Below are positions 43,105 through 53,189 of a stretch of 64,000 nt of DNA, one piece after another. Under the pieces are notes generated by a model. That model worked only from the letters and a program-made list of their open reading frames with translations, searched no databases and had not been told where the DNA came from. Within the stretch, counting starts at the first letter, position 1. Every line of letters starts with the position of its first letter. The stretch is taken from the NCBI GenBank assembly GCA_022426155.1, contig JAKMEE010000039.1, positions 24,516 to 88,515 on the forward strand. The letters run 5' to 3'. Both the position numbers and the translations under genes were made by a program. Source of the stretch: Poseidonia sp. (GTDB taxonomy: Archaea; Thermoplasmatota; Poseidoniia; Poseidoniales; Poseidoniaceae).

Positions 43105-46100
43105 ATGTCCAGTGTAAGCCAAGATACGAGTCAGAGTAAATCTGCATCATTTTCGATCGTCCTACTCATGCTCATTTCCGTTCTCTCAGCAGGATTATCA
43201 ACCGTTCAAGCGGTTGGGCCCAATCAAAACGATCTTGGTTCCGGGGGAGACCTGCCCGATAATACCACTGTGAACATCACGAATTACATTTTTTCAGGGA
43301 GTTATTCCGGGTCAGGTGAACTTGACTATGGAGACGATAACGATATCATACGAGTTGCTTTGAATGCAAATCAGGGTTTGTCAGCATCGCTTTCCTTCCC
43401 ATCCACCACGACATTTTCAAACGGGACAACCGTGATGAATGATTTTGATCTAATCTTCTACGATGCTAATCTCACCTACCTTGGCGAATCATGGATGAAC
43501 AACCCAGAAACGTTGACTACGAACAATACGCAACCACACGGCGGCATGGTGTACATTGACATATTTCGCTATGATGGGGCTGGAACTTGGAATCTAACTT
43601 TGAACAAATTCGCCGTCAGCAACGGTAGTACAGGTGGCAATGGAACAGGCGGTGGCGGCGGTAGTTCCGTCACCAATTGTTCAGGAAATGGAACAAATGC
43701 ACCAGACATCCTTGAACCAAACGACTCCATGACAGCAGCGACATCTGCTTCACTGCTTCCATTGTTTTGCTCAGGCCTTTCTATTGATTCTACCTCTGAC
43801 GAAGATTTCTATGAAATCGATATGATTTCAGGAGTTACTTACTATGTGAACTTGACCTTCACGCACTCCAACGGTGACATTGACGGGCAGTGGATGGACT
43901 CCAGCGGTACTTCTCTCGGCCTGTCTGGTTCGCTTGGTTCTGGAACTGATAATGAAGCTGCTTCATATACAGCAACATCGAATTTCACTTCCTACTTGAG
44001 GGTCTACTTCTACCAATTTAGCACATGGACATCGCCCGTCTATGACATTGAACTTTCAACCAATTTACCAGGTGGGGGACAAAGCATGGAATCGGTTTAT
44101 GTCAACATCGTGAATGATACCGATGCAATGCTGACCTTCTCAGGCTTAACCGCTGGTACAACCTACGGTTACAATCACACCTATGGTCAGGTTGACTTGA
44201 ATGAATCATGGACTTGGGCAACCTCGACGAATGGAACTTTCAATGCAACCAACACCACTCACACAATGAATATCTCCATACAGGCTGCACCTGCGGAAGG
44301 GGAACTGCTCGTGTTTGCCTCGCTTTTCGATGCAGTAGGTGTGACATTGGACACGGATTATGACGAACTTGAATTTGTCATGGTTGAAGGAAGTGTCACC
44401 TCCTCAACAACGGGAGAATATTTCTTGACCAACTTGTCAATTGGAACAGATTATGCAGTTGAGTGGATGGTATTAGATTATGTTCTTTTCATGAACAATG
44501 TCTCCTCTGGATCGAACGTCTCTGATGGGATTAATGCCTCGTTGGTTGATTCAAACCAAAGCAGTTTCACAGCAACGACATCTTCTGAATCCGTTCAAGT
44601 GACATGGACGGGTCCAACTACCCTGAACCAGCACTTATTTGTCGTTGCACTTCACCTTAACAATACTGTGATTGACTACGAAACCAGCGAAAATATCACC
44701 GGAGATTTCTTTGAAGATTTCTATCCCCAACTCCCTGCCCTTCTTATCAATGGATACTCAACAAGCGTAAATGCAACAACCAATTATGTTAGCGCAGAAG
44801 GCATGGATTTGGTTGTGGGTGATGATTACAAGTACCAATACAGAGTGACGGATAGTGGAAATGCCAATGTCGCAGTATCAAGCATGACGAGTTTCACAGC
44901 AAGCGCCCAAAACATGTCCATTTCCATGTTCAATTACACAACACCAACCTCGTCCGGCAACTACTGCTTGCACGTTGATTTGTACTCGGACGTGAACGTT
45001 CAGTTGATTGGAGACACGGTGTGTATTATGTTCACTTTTGATGATGATAATGACGGTGTTCAAAATGAGTACGATCTCTGCCCGAACACCGCATCAGGAG
45101 CCTTTGTTGATCTTGATGGATGTGCACTCTCGCAGAAGGACACGGACGGTGATGGATACAACGATGCTGTTGATGCCTTCCCGTACGATGCAACCCAATA
45201 TTCAGACATGGATGGAGATGGCTACGGAGATAACGCTACAGGAAATAATCCAGATGCTTTCCCAACTGATGCCACCCAATGGTCCGACGCTGACGGCGAT
45301 GGATACGGCGATAACGCAAGTGGAAATTCACCCGATGCTTTCCCATTCGACCCAACGCAATGGTCGGATACGGATGGCGATGGTTACGGTGACAATGCAT
45401 CAGGCAATTCACCCGATGCTTGGCCAGCGGATTCCACACAATGGGCTGACAGCGATGGCGATGGGTTCGGTGACAACCCCTCGGGAACCAACGGCGATGC
45501 CTTCCCAACTGATAGTACACAATGGGCAGATTCAGATGGTGACGGCTACGGTGATAATCCTGCAGGAACCACACCCGACGTCTTCCCGAACGATGCCACT
45601 CAATGGGAAGATGCAGACCAAGATGGTCATGGTGACAATCCATCTGGATACCTCGGCGACCATTTCCCCAATGACGCCTCCCAATGGTCTGATACTGACG
45701 GAGACGGTTACGGTGACAACCAAGCAGGCACAACTCCCGATGCCTTCCCAAGCGATAGCACACAATGGTCCGACAGTGACGGTGACGGCTATGGTGATAA
45801 CGCAGCTGGTATGAATCCTGACGCCTTCCCAACCGATGCTACACAATGGATGGATGAGGATAACGACGGTTTCGGTGACAACGCTAATGGCAACAATGGC
45901 GACCAATGTCTTGACACACCAAACGGCGAGATTGTTGATGAGAATGGTTGTTCTGCATCCCAACTCGATGAAGATCTGGATGGTGTTTCCGATGCCAATG
46001 ATGCCTGTCCTGGTACGCCTGCTGGAGAATCGGTTGATACTGTCGGCTGTTCAACCAGCCAAGAAGACAGTGACAATGATGGCGTGATGGATGCATTCGA

Positions 46101-47211
46101 TGCTTGTCCTAACACACCGCTAGGCTCAGATATCGATTCTGCAGGTTGCGCCGATTCCCAATTGGATTCGGATGGCGATAGCATCTCGGATGACATTGAT
46201 GATTGTCCCACCACTGCACCTGGTCAAATTGTGAACGGTGTGGGTTGTTCTGCCGATGAACGTGACTCAGATAATGATGGCATTGACGATGCGGCTGATG
46301 TCTGCGACTACACTCCGGCAGGAGAAAATGCAGATGACAAAGGTTGCTCCGATTCTCAGAAAGATGACGATGGAGACTTGGTTTACAATGACATAGATTC
46401 TTGCCCAGGAACACCCAACGAGGCTCTTGTTGATGCGATTGGTTGTGCCGACAGCCAACTCGATAACGATAACGATGGCATTTCCAATGCCGCAGATACA
46501 TGCCCTGTCACCCCAGCTGGGGAGCAAGTTGACCCAGATGGATGCTCCGATTCCCAGAAAGACGAAGACATGGATGATATTTGGAACAGTCAAGATCTCT
46601 GTCCAGATACTCCAGTCACACAAACAGTGGATTCGGATGGTTGCTCCGATCAGCAAAAAGACGATGACAACGATGGAATCAAGAACCATCTTGATGATTG
46701 CCCGAACACCTCCACAGACGAACTCATCGATGCTACTGGCTGTGCTTTGAGTCAATTAGACAGTGATGGAGACGGCGTCTCTGATGCGGAAGATGCATTC
46801 AAATTTGATGCCAATGAGACCGCTGACACTGATGGTGATGGAGTGGCTGACCGCTGGGATGCTTATCCAGCTGATGCAACTCGTTCTGCGGCAGATGTCG
46901 AAGATTCTGGAAACGCAATGCTCTACCTCATTGTGACAATCGTTCTGCTCGCTCTTACTGGTGGGGCTGGATTTGTGTTTATGCGAAAAGATACAGATGC
47001 AAACATTTCACCGTTCATGGAAGTGTCTACCAACGATGCTGCTACCGATCAAAACATGGGTGAGAACTTTTCAAAGGAATTACCAACTCTCCAGGGTGCT
47101 GGCCCCCAGCAATGGGAAGAAAATGGCGTCCATTGGAGTCGGGATACGAACGACCAATTGTCATACTATGACGGTTCAACCGCCACTTGGGTCGCTTACA
47201 AAAATGATTGA
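43105..47211 (+). CDS. giant surface protein (1368 aa): signal peptide, Ser/Thr/Asn-rich β-rich N-region, ~10 tandem 26-aa Ca-binding repeats, ~8 Cys-containing TSP3-like repeats, C-terminal TM anchor
   Basis: Signal 'IVLLMLISVLSAGLSTVQA'. Repeats 'DAFPTDATQWSDADGDGYGDNASGNSP' and 'DSDNDGVMDAFDACPNTPLGSDIDSAGC'. TM 'MLYLIVTIVLLALTGGAGFVF'. Confidence 0.85.
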   Translation: MSSVSQDTSQSKSASFSIVLLMLISVLSAGLSTVQAVGPNQNDLGSGGDLPDNTTVNITNYIFSGSYSGSGELDYGDDNDIIRVALNANQGLSASLSFPSTTTFSNGTTVMNDFDLIFYDANLTYLGESWMNNPETLTTNNTQPHGGMVYIDIFRYDGAGTWNLTLNKFAVSNGSTGGNGTGGGGGSSVTNCSGNGTNAPDILEPNDSMTAATSASLLPLFCSGLSIDSTSDEDFYEIDMISGVTYYVNLTFTHSNGDIDGQWMDSSGTSLGLSGSLGSGTDNEAASYTATSNFTSYLRVYFYQFSTWTSPVYDIELSTNLPGGGQSMESVYVNIVNDTDAMLTFSGLTAGTTYGYNHTYGQVDLNESWTWATSTNGTFNATNTTHTMNISIQAAPAEGELLVFASLFDAVGVTLDTDYDELEFVMVEGSVTSSTTGEYFLTNLSIGTDYAVEWMVLDYVLFMNNVSSGSNVSDGINASLVDSNQSSFTATTSSESVQVTWTGPTTLNQHLFVVALHLNNTVIDYETSENITGDFFEDFYPQLPALLINGYSTSVNATTNYVSAEGMDLVVGDDYKYQYRVTDSGNANVAVSSMTSFTASAQNMSISMFNYTTPTSSGNYCLHVDLYSDVNVQLIGDTVCIMFTFDDDNDGVQNEYDLCPNTASGAFVDLDGCALSQKDTDGDGYNDAVDAFPYDATQYSDMDGDGYGDNATGNNPDAFPTDATQWSDADGDGYGDNASGNSPDAFPFDPTQWSDTDGDGYGDNASGNSPDAWPADSTQWADSDGDGFGDNPSGTNGDAFPTDSTQWADSDGDGYGDNPAGTTPDVFPNDATQWEDADQDGHGDNPSGYLGDHFPNDASQWSDTDGDGYGDNQAGTTPDAFPSDSTQWSDSDGDGYGDNAAGMNPDAFPTDATQWMDEDNDGFGDNANGNNGDQCLDTPNGEIVDENGCSASQLDEDLDGVSDANDACPGTPAGESVDTVGCSTSQEDSDNDGVMDAFDACPNTPLGSDIDSAGCADSQLDSDGDSISDDIDDCPTTAPGQIVNGVGCSADERDSDNDGIDDAADVCDYTPAGENADDKGCSDSQKDDDGDLVYNDIDSCPGTPNEALVDAIGCADSQLDNDNDGISNAADTCPVTPAGEQVDPDGCSDSQKDEDMDDIWNSQDLCPDTPVTQTVDSDGCSDQQKDDDNDGIKNHLDDCPNTSTDELIDATGCALSQLDSDGDGVSDAEDAFKFDANETADTDGDGVADRWDAYPADATRSAADVEDSGNAMLYLIVTIVLLALTGGAGFVFMRKDTDANISPFMEVSTNDAATDQNMGENFSKELPTLQGAGPQQWEENGVHWSRDTNDQLSYYDGSTATWVAYKND
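45140..45905. repeat. ~10 tandem copies of a 78-nt coding repeat (26-aa DxDGDGYGDN…DAFPxDxTQW unit) inside the 1368-aa surface protein gene
   Basis: Visible periodicity of 'gatggcgatggttacggtgacaa…gatgctttcccaactgatgccacccaatgg' with synonymous drift. Confidence 0.7.
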
Positions 47212-50054
47212 AATCATTGTCTCATTGTGATTATACTCGATGCAAAATCGGGACCTTCTTAACAAGGTATGAAAAAGGGATTGGCGCAGCGTTAATCATG
47301 GCAAAGAAGCAAACTGCTTTGTTAATCCTCAGCATTTTACTTTTTTCATATCCCACATACGCTCATACAACCAAGGAATCGGCCGCCGTAGAGCAATTTG
47401 GTGTAGTCTTTACTGAATTTACCATCGCAGATTCAAACGATGCTCTTTCGGACCCCAGAGATCTTGAATTTCACCCTGGGCGAGCAGATGAATTGTGGGT
47501 GGCCAATCGTGCAACAGATAGTATCACCATTATTTCCAATACAGGCATGGACAATCAATCATCACAGAATCGTCAAGATTCTCACCGAAACCACTTCCTT
47601 GAAGAAGTGAGCGCTATCGCTTTTGGGGCTTATCACCCTGAATTTGACTGGCAGTGGGGGTCGGCCCAAGAAACTGCCAATACCTATTGTGGGCAGGCAT
47701 CGCCAAACAATTTCATGGGTCCAACCCTTTGGCCATCCTCACTCTCTCATTTTGCTATGGAAAATCAAAACAATGCGCTCCTTGGCAGCCACATCGATAT
47801 GAATCATGAATCTCCATACGGTGTTGGGATCGCCCATGATTCAGATAATGCGTATTGGTACAATGATGGATATTACGGAGAGCTTGTCTATTACGATTTC
47901 CAAGAAGACCATGATACCGGACAAGATGACCATTCAGACGCCATTGTTCGTAGGTATTCAGAGGTTCAACTATCACATCAACTGGGAGTTCCTGGGCACA
48001 TGACTCTCGATAAGGACAGTGGAATTCTCTACATTGCTGATTCTGGAGCAGACCGACTTCTCTGGGTGAACACGGATGATTCAACCACCAGTACAGTCAA
48101 CATTATGAACGACGCTTCTCGTTTGGAACCCTTGCAAGAATATTCCCGCATGTCAGGTATCGAATGGGGCGTTTTAGCCACAGGTCTGAACATACCATCC
48201 GGTATTGCACTTGAGGGAGATACGCTCTTTGTATCTGAAAATGGAAATGGGAAGATTGTCGCCTATGAATTAGGGTCAGATGGGAAATCAATCACCGAAT
48301 TGGATTCAATCCAAACAAGTGCTTCTTCCATCATGGGCTTAGAAATTGGCCCTTCAGGGAATCTCTACTACGTCGATAACGGGCAGGACGAAGTTGTTCG
48401 CATTGACCCATCTTTTGATGAAGACGGAGATGGAGTCGGTGACTCGGTTGACAATTGTCCGTTCATAGCGAATTCAGATCAAGCAGACCATGAGATGGAT
48501 GGTGTCGGTGATGCATGCGATACAGATGATGACAACGACGGTATTGATGACATCACAGATGAGTGTGCCCAAGGAAATTCCACATGGATTTCAACAACTC
48601 TCACCGATCATGATGCGGATGGATGTGCAGATTCTATAGAAGATTGGGACGATGATAATGATGATGTTCCTGATGTCTTTGACCTTTGTCCCACTGGGGA
48701 TGTGTCCTGGACCGCATCATCGACAACTGATTATGACGAAGATGGATGCCAGGATGCTGTAGAAGATTTTGATGATGATAACGACCGAATCTGTGATGCT
48801 ACTCAGTCGAGCAGTGAATGGGCCTGCTCGATATCTTCTGCAGGACAGGATCTTTGCCCCACCAGCCCTCCCTCTTTCATGTCTTACATTGGAAATGATG
48901 TGGACCAGGATGGATGCGAAGATATCGGGGAAGACGACGATGATGACAATGACGGATTCAAGGACGATCTCGACACCTGCCCTCGAGCCTTTGGAACGAG
49001 TTTCCGTGGTGAACGATTGGGTTGCGATGATTTTGATGGTGACGGTTTTGCAGATACCATCGATGAATTTCCAACTGAATCAAGCCAATGGTCCGATGCT
49101 GATGAAGATGGGTTTGGTGATAATGCAAGCGGTGTCGAAGCCGATCAATGCACATCACTACCAGGAAGCTCGTATGAGGATCGTTTAGGCTGTCCTGACT
49201 CCGATGGTGACGGATGGTCGACTGCCGATGAGGATTGGACTGTCCAAGACGGTGCAGACGCATTCCCTCTGATTGCGAGTCAATATCTGGACCAAGATAA
49301 CGATAGTTTTGGCGATTCACTCGATGGATACCAAGGGGACGCTTGTCCAATTGATGAAGGATATTCATACGCGGACCGCTTTGGTTGTGTAGATTCTGAT
49401 GGGGATGGTTGGTCAGATTTGAACGATGCTTTCTCAGAGGATGCAACTCAACATTCGGATAGAGATTCAGACGGTTACGGAGATTCACCAGATGGTAATT
49501 CTACAGATTATTGCCCCGATGTATTTGGGTTATCCTCTATTGAACGCCTTGGGTGCCCTGATTCTGATGGCGATGGATGGGACAATTTCCTTGACAAATA
49601 CCCTGAAGATTCTCGTTTGTGGTCAGATGGTGATGAAGATGGATACGCTGACCAAGAAGGAACAAATCTCTCCGACGATTGCCCCAATGTTGCTGGGACT
49701 TCAAAGAAGGACCGTCTCGGTTGCTTGGACGATGATGGTGACGGTTGGTCGAATAAAGGCGATACCTTCCCCGCAGATATTAGTCGATATGAGGAGAGTC
49801 AAGGACTCAGTTCACTTCGTGTAATCATAACAATCAGCGCCTTGGTATTGATTGGTTCCCTGATAGTTGCTTTGCTCTTATTCCAAAGGAAAAAGCAAGC
49901 CCAAGTTAAGCAACCCATGCCATTCCATATTCCCAGTCCCGGACTCCCAATGACACCATCGTCCGGCCCCCCATTACCTCCTGAGGGTCTGCCTCCAGGT
50001 TGGACTCAGGAACAATGGGCATGGTACGGAGAAAATTATCTCAAACAACGTTGA
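47208..50054 (+). CDS. surface protein (948 aa): signal peptide, NHL-like β-propeller, TSP3-like Ca-binding repeats, C-terminal TM anchor and Pro-rich cytoplasmic tail
   Basis: ATGA overlap with the upstream gene. 'LYIADSGADRLLWVN', 'GIALEGDTLFVSENGNGKIVAY' and 'LYYVDNGQDEVVRI' propeller blades. 'DSDGDGWSD' repeats. TM 'VIITISALVLIGSLIVALLLF'. Confidence 0.8.
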   Translation: MKSLSHCDYTRCKIGTFLTRYEKGIGAALIMAKKQTALLILSILLFSYPTYAHTTKESAAVEQFGVVFTEFTIADSNDALSDPRDLEFHPGRADELWVANRATDSITIISNTGMDNQSSQNRQDSHRNHFLEEVSAIAFGAYHPEFDWQWGSAQETANTYCGQASPNNFMGPTLWPSSLSHFAMENQNNALLGSHIDMNHESPYGVGIAHDSDNAYWYNDGYYGELVYYDFQEDHDTGQDDHSDAIVRRYSEVQLSHQLGVPGHMTLDKDSGILYIADSGADRLLWVNTDDSTTSTVNIMNDASRLEPLQEYSRMSGIEWGVLATGLNIPSGIALEGDTLFVSENGNGKIVAYELGSDGKSITELDSIQTSASSIMGLEIGPSGNLYYVDNGQDEVVRIDPSFDEDGDGVGDSVDNCPFIANSDQADHEMDGVGDACDTDDDNDGIDDITDECAQGNSTWISTTLTDHDADGCADSIEDWDDDNDDVPDVFDLCPTGDVSWTASSTTDYDEDGCQDAVEDFDDDNDRICDATQSSSEWACSISSAGQDLCPTSPPSFMSYIGNDVDQDGCEDIGEDDDDDNDGFKDDLDTCPRAFGTSFRGERLGCDDFDGDGFADTIDEFPTESSQWSDADEDGFGDNASGVEADQCTSLPGSSYEDRLGCPDSDGDGWSTADEDWTVQDGADAFPLIASQYLDQDNDSFGDSLDGYQGDACPIDEGYSYADRFGCVDSDGDGWSDLNDAFSEDATQHSDRDSDGYGDSPDGNSTDYCPDVFGLSSIERLGCPDSDGDGWDNFLDKYPEDSRLWSDGDEDGYADQEGTNLSDDCPNVAGTSKKDRLGCLDDDGDGWSNKGDTFPADISRYEESQGLSSLRVIITISALVLIGSLIVALLLFQRKKQAQVKQPMPFHIPSPGLPMTPSSGPPLPPEGLPPGWTQEQWAWYGENYLKQR

Positions 50055-50148
50055 AACAGAGGATGGGTTCATCAGAAACACTCTGTTGAAATAACAACGA
50101 AGGCTCTTCAATTAGTGGCCACGGTTCTGCGTGCAGAAGAGCTTTCGA

Positions 50149-51315
50149 TCACGTGAGGACCTCAAGCAATCGGTCTTGCTCAACAGCCATTCGTAATTCC
50201 ATTGCAATTCGCCTTCCGCTTGACATTGGTTTGCGCCAAGTTGCGTTGCCGTATGGATGGCCAACACTGACGTGAACATTTGTACCTCCACCGAGACGAG
50301 GAGCGACATCATAGATGTAATAATTCATGTCTTTGTCAATGCAGGTCTGTAAGCAAAATGGTCCAATGATACCAGGGTCGTAATGCTCCTTACTTGCTTC
50401 AATGAATTTTTCACCCAATTCGAAGGCTTTTTCCAACAAGGATTCCCGAATTGTTGCCGTGTTATGTCCTACAACCGTCATCTCAGGAATTTGTTGATGC
50501 AGAGGCATCGTCATTTGCTGAGGTGCAGGCAGTCGTACATGTCCGTCGAGTGAAGATTCGAATCGCCAATCTACGCCGAGAAGTTCCAGACGTTCACCTT
50601 CTTCGGCTAGCGGGCTATAAAAAAAGTTCAGATTGAAGACAGGGCCGATGACATAGCGTTCAATTCGTGCGCCATCAAGAGATGCTTGGTCAATGACGCC
50701 CTCAGCCAATAATGCAGCAGATTTTTCTTGGTATTCTTTGTAAGAGGCGCATGTGAAAAACCCTCGCTCGAGTTTCTTCTGGGCATGATGGAGTTTGACG
50801 ATTACCAAGCAGTCAATATCCTCTGGGTGCGGGATGGATTCGGGATAGGGAAGGCCCGCTTTTTCAAGAATCCAGTAGTAATCTTGCTCCTCAGTGCGCT
50901 CTTCCATTCGAAGCATGTTGCGCGAACCAAAGAGTGGCACATGGAAATTCTCTTCAATATCAGAGATGCTTGAATAGGATGTGAATGATCGATTGGGAAT
51001 ATAAATCACGTTTCGCTTTCTCATTTCAGCTTGGAGATCGTTGTCCATCACATCATTGAAGTCATCAAGAACGATTGCTTTGTCGACCATGCCACGAACG
51101 ACACGGCCTGAAGAATTCCGATGTGTTTTGAAGTAATTTCCATAGGTTTTGTGACGTCCTTCTTTGCAATACGCTACAGTTGGAAACCCTTCTTCAATGG
51201 CTCCATCACATATGTCAAGAGCAGAATGAGAGGCGGTCATGCCTATTCTCAATTTCAGCCGGTCATATTCTTCCACAATAGCGGCAATCTCGTCCCGTTG
51301 AAGCATGGCTGTCAC
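50149..51315 (-). CDS. purP: 5-formaminoimidazole-4-carboxamide ribonucleotide synthetase (archaeal PurP)
   Basis: 'IGMTASHSALDICDGAIEEGF' matches the PurP N-terminus (IGTLGSHSALQI…); ATP-grasp C-half; 388 aa. Confidence 0.75.
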   Translation of the reverse strand: MTAMLQRDEIAAIVEEYDRLKLRIGMTASHSALDICDGAIEEGFPTVAYCKEGRHKTYGNYFKTHRNSSGRVVRGMVDKAIVLDDFNDVMDNDLQAEMRKRNVIYIPNRSFTSYSSISDIEENFHVPLFGSRNMLRMEERTEEQDYYWILEKAGLPYPESIPHPEDIDCLVIVKLHHAQKKLERGFFTCASYKEYQEKSAALLAEGVIDQASLDGARIERYVIGPVFNLNFFYSPLAEEGERLELLGVDWRFESSLDGHVRLPAPQQMTMPLHQQIPEMTVVGHNTATIRESLLEKAFELGEKFIEASKEHYDPGIIGPFCLQTCIDKDMNYYIYDVAPRLGGGTNVHVSVGHPYGNATWRKPMSSGRRIAMELRMAVEQDRLLEVLT

Positions 51316-51369
51316 TTCCTCAACTGCTACGTGTCAAAGGGGGTCTTTGATGTGTTCGCAGGCTGAGAT

Positions 51370-52245
51370 TCAATCAAATCGTTGAAGTTGCATCAATTCA
51401 TCGGTACTCAAGGTGTCACCCGACAACAATTTCGCCATGAGGTCTTGAGTTTCGTTTGATGCTGTTGGACGCTGTCCTTCACCTGCACTTGCTCCTCGCA
51501 TTGCACGAAGAATGTCTTGGGTAGAATGGAGGCAGCGGAGAGATACGATGTACAAGCTGTGTTCTTTGTCAGCCTCTTTCTTAGAGTGACGGAGTTTTCG
51601 GTGAGATGCCTCTGCTTTCTCGCGTTGACGTTCAACTTCTGAATTCCATTCGATCATTAAATCGTGGGCACTCTGTGCAGCATCTGCGGCTTCCTTGACT
51701 GCGTTGTGGGCAGCTTCTTGTGTGGCAGCAGCAACCCGGAGAGATTCATTGCCCTCAGTTTCACCACTATCGGTCTGTAATTCCTTGAGTTTCTTTCGCT
51801 TGGAACTCAATTCCTTCATTTTCTTAAAATATTTCACTTCGTTCTTACCTTGATGTTTGCCTTGTTCAAATTCCCGTTCCAAGCGTTCCATGGTGCGAGT
51901 AAGTGATTGGACAGTATCGGGGCGAATCGGACGGCCACGCTTATCAAATTCTTGTGGGCGGTCTGGTTGAGTTCCTCGAATGGCCTCTTTTGCCTCACGT
52001 ACAGCTTGATTAGCACCATCTCGTTCTTTCTTTTTCATGCGAACCATTTCGTTCATTTGGTCGCGTAATTCACGTTGTTCTTTCACTTGAACAATGAGTT
52101 CACGTACTTCGTTATTGAGTTCGTTTCGGGTGGTAGTGAATTCTTTGGTCTTCTCATTCCAATCATCTCGAACTTCGCGGTGAAGGGTTGCTTTCTTGTC
52201 AACCATTTTTCGTCGTTCTTCAAGAAGATTTTTGAGTTCTGCCAT
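51370..52245 (-). CDS. coiled-coil protein (291 aa), paralogue of the 60656..61657 gene
   Basis: Heptad-rich K/E/R sequence; shared block 'ERLEREFEQ…KYFKKMKEL…KKLKELQ' versus 'EIKNLEERFQ…KETMERIKRMKRRVEELE' in the paralogue. Confidence 0.5.
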   Translation of the reverse strand: MAELKNLLEERRKMVDKKATLHREVRDDWNEKTKEFTTTRNELNNEVRELIVQVKEQRELRDQMNEMVRMKKKERDGANQAVREAKEAIRGTQPDRPQEFDKRGRPIRPDTVQSLTRTMERLEREFEQGKHQGKNEVKYFKKMKELSSKRKKLKELQTDSGETEGNESLRVAAATQEAAHNAVKEAADAAQSAHDLMIEWNSEVERQREKAEASHRKLRHSKKEADKEHSLYIVSLRCLHSTQDILRAMRGASAGEGQRPTASNETQDLMAKLLSGDTLSTDELMQLQRFD

Positions 52246-52341
52246 GCTTCATCTCACCTGTTCGCGGAAGATTCCCATCTTCCCGCAGACAAGGCGACCT
52301 TCCACCTCCATTTAACCCTTCACGGAAACCTTGACGGAGCC

Positions 52342-52710
52342 TTAGTTGGACCGTTCCATGTTGTGGAGGTTCTGCACACACTCGTCCAATGCTTGACGAA
52401 TGTGCCCTAGGTTCGCTCTAGCGCTGCAATGAACGAGGAAATGCAATCGTTTTCCTCGCTGAAGAATAATTGTTCCACCTTCCATGACTAAGGTGATTCG
52501 TTCTTCACCGTCCATTTCCTTTAGGGCCTGAACCCACCGTTGCATCTGGGGGGTTTCATTTGTTTGATCTTCTGAACTTCGGAACACGACAAAGCCATCG
52601 GGTTCAAACAGCGTGGTCGATTGAACCCCTTCTACTTGGGTCACAGGTGACACCAAGCGTTCTAACATGATACCAATGGGAGGCCGAAAGCGAATAATGC
52701 TTCTTCTCAT
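52342..52710 (-). CDS. Roadblock/LC7 (MglB-like) domain protein
   Basis: 'LERLVSPVTQVEGVQSTTLFEPDGFVV' and a C-terminal αβ pattern typical of Roadblock/LC7; ATGA overlap with the upstream GNAT gene. Confidence 0.6.
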   Translation of the reverse strand: MRRSIIRFRPPIGIMLERLVSPVTQVEGVQSTTLFEPDGFVVFRSSEDQTNETPQMQRWVQALKEMDGEERITLVMEGGTIILQRGKRLHFLVHCSARANLGHIRQALDECVQNLHNMERSN

Positions 52711-53186
52711 GGATTGAGCGGACCACGCATCATGTATCCCAGTCCACTTTGGTAATATCCAACCAATTCCTGACGAACAGTTAACCCTCGAAGTTTGTAA
52801 AATCGCTGGGCTCCAGTATTGTTGGCTTTGACTTCGAGTTGTACTTCATGATATCCAGATTCTGATGCTATTTGACGAAAGCGTTCCCATGCAATGTTGC
52901 CAAGCCCCTTGCTTTGATGTGTTTCACAAATCACAAAGGCAGCAACTCGAACAATGGTGTCTTTGAAAGGTGTGGCCCAAAGTACCCCTTGAATTGGTTG
53001 GGGAGAGGGTTGGTCCAGATCGATAAGGATCAAATTCGCATCCCAGGCAGGGATGGGGAGGTGTCGTATTGATACATCAGAATAGATCTCACCTGTTTCA
53101 GCCAGGAACAGTTCAATGATTTGGGTTGCTCCATCTTCAGTCAGTCGTTTCGGTTCAGGTCCCGGGACCCATTCAAGACGAGGCAT
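52707..53186 (-). CDS. GNAT-family N-acetyltransferase
   Basis: 'VAAFVICETHQSKGLGNIAWERF' (Q/RxxGxG/A acetyl-CoA motif) and 'NTGAQRFYKLRGL' motif B. Confidence 0.7.
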   Translation of the reverse strand: MPRLEWVPGPEPKRLTEDGATQIIELFLAETGEIYSDVSIRHLPIPAWDANLILIDLDQPSPQPIQGVLWATPFKDTIVRVAAFVICETHQSKGLGNIAWERFRQIASESGYHEVQLEVKANNTGAQRFYKLRGLTVRQELVGYYQSGLGYMMRGPLNP

Positions 53187-53189
53187 TGT

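Noticed and set aside
45008-46755. Alternative-frame ORFs in the repeat region of the 1368-aa gene (45008..45814 +, 45236..45832 -, 45532..45963 -, 46267..46755 -) and a possible CRISPR-like periodicity
   Set aside because: The periodic DNA is a protein-coding tandem repeat with 78-nt units and synonymous drift. There are no spacer-like unique inserts and no cas genes. The alternate frames give His/Arg-rich nonsense.
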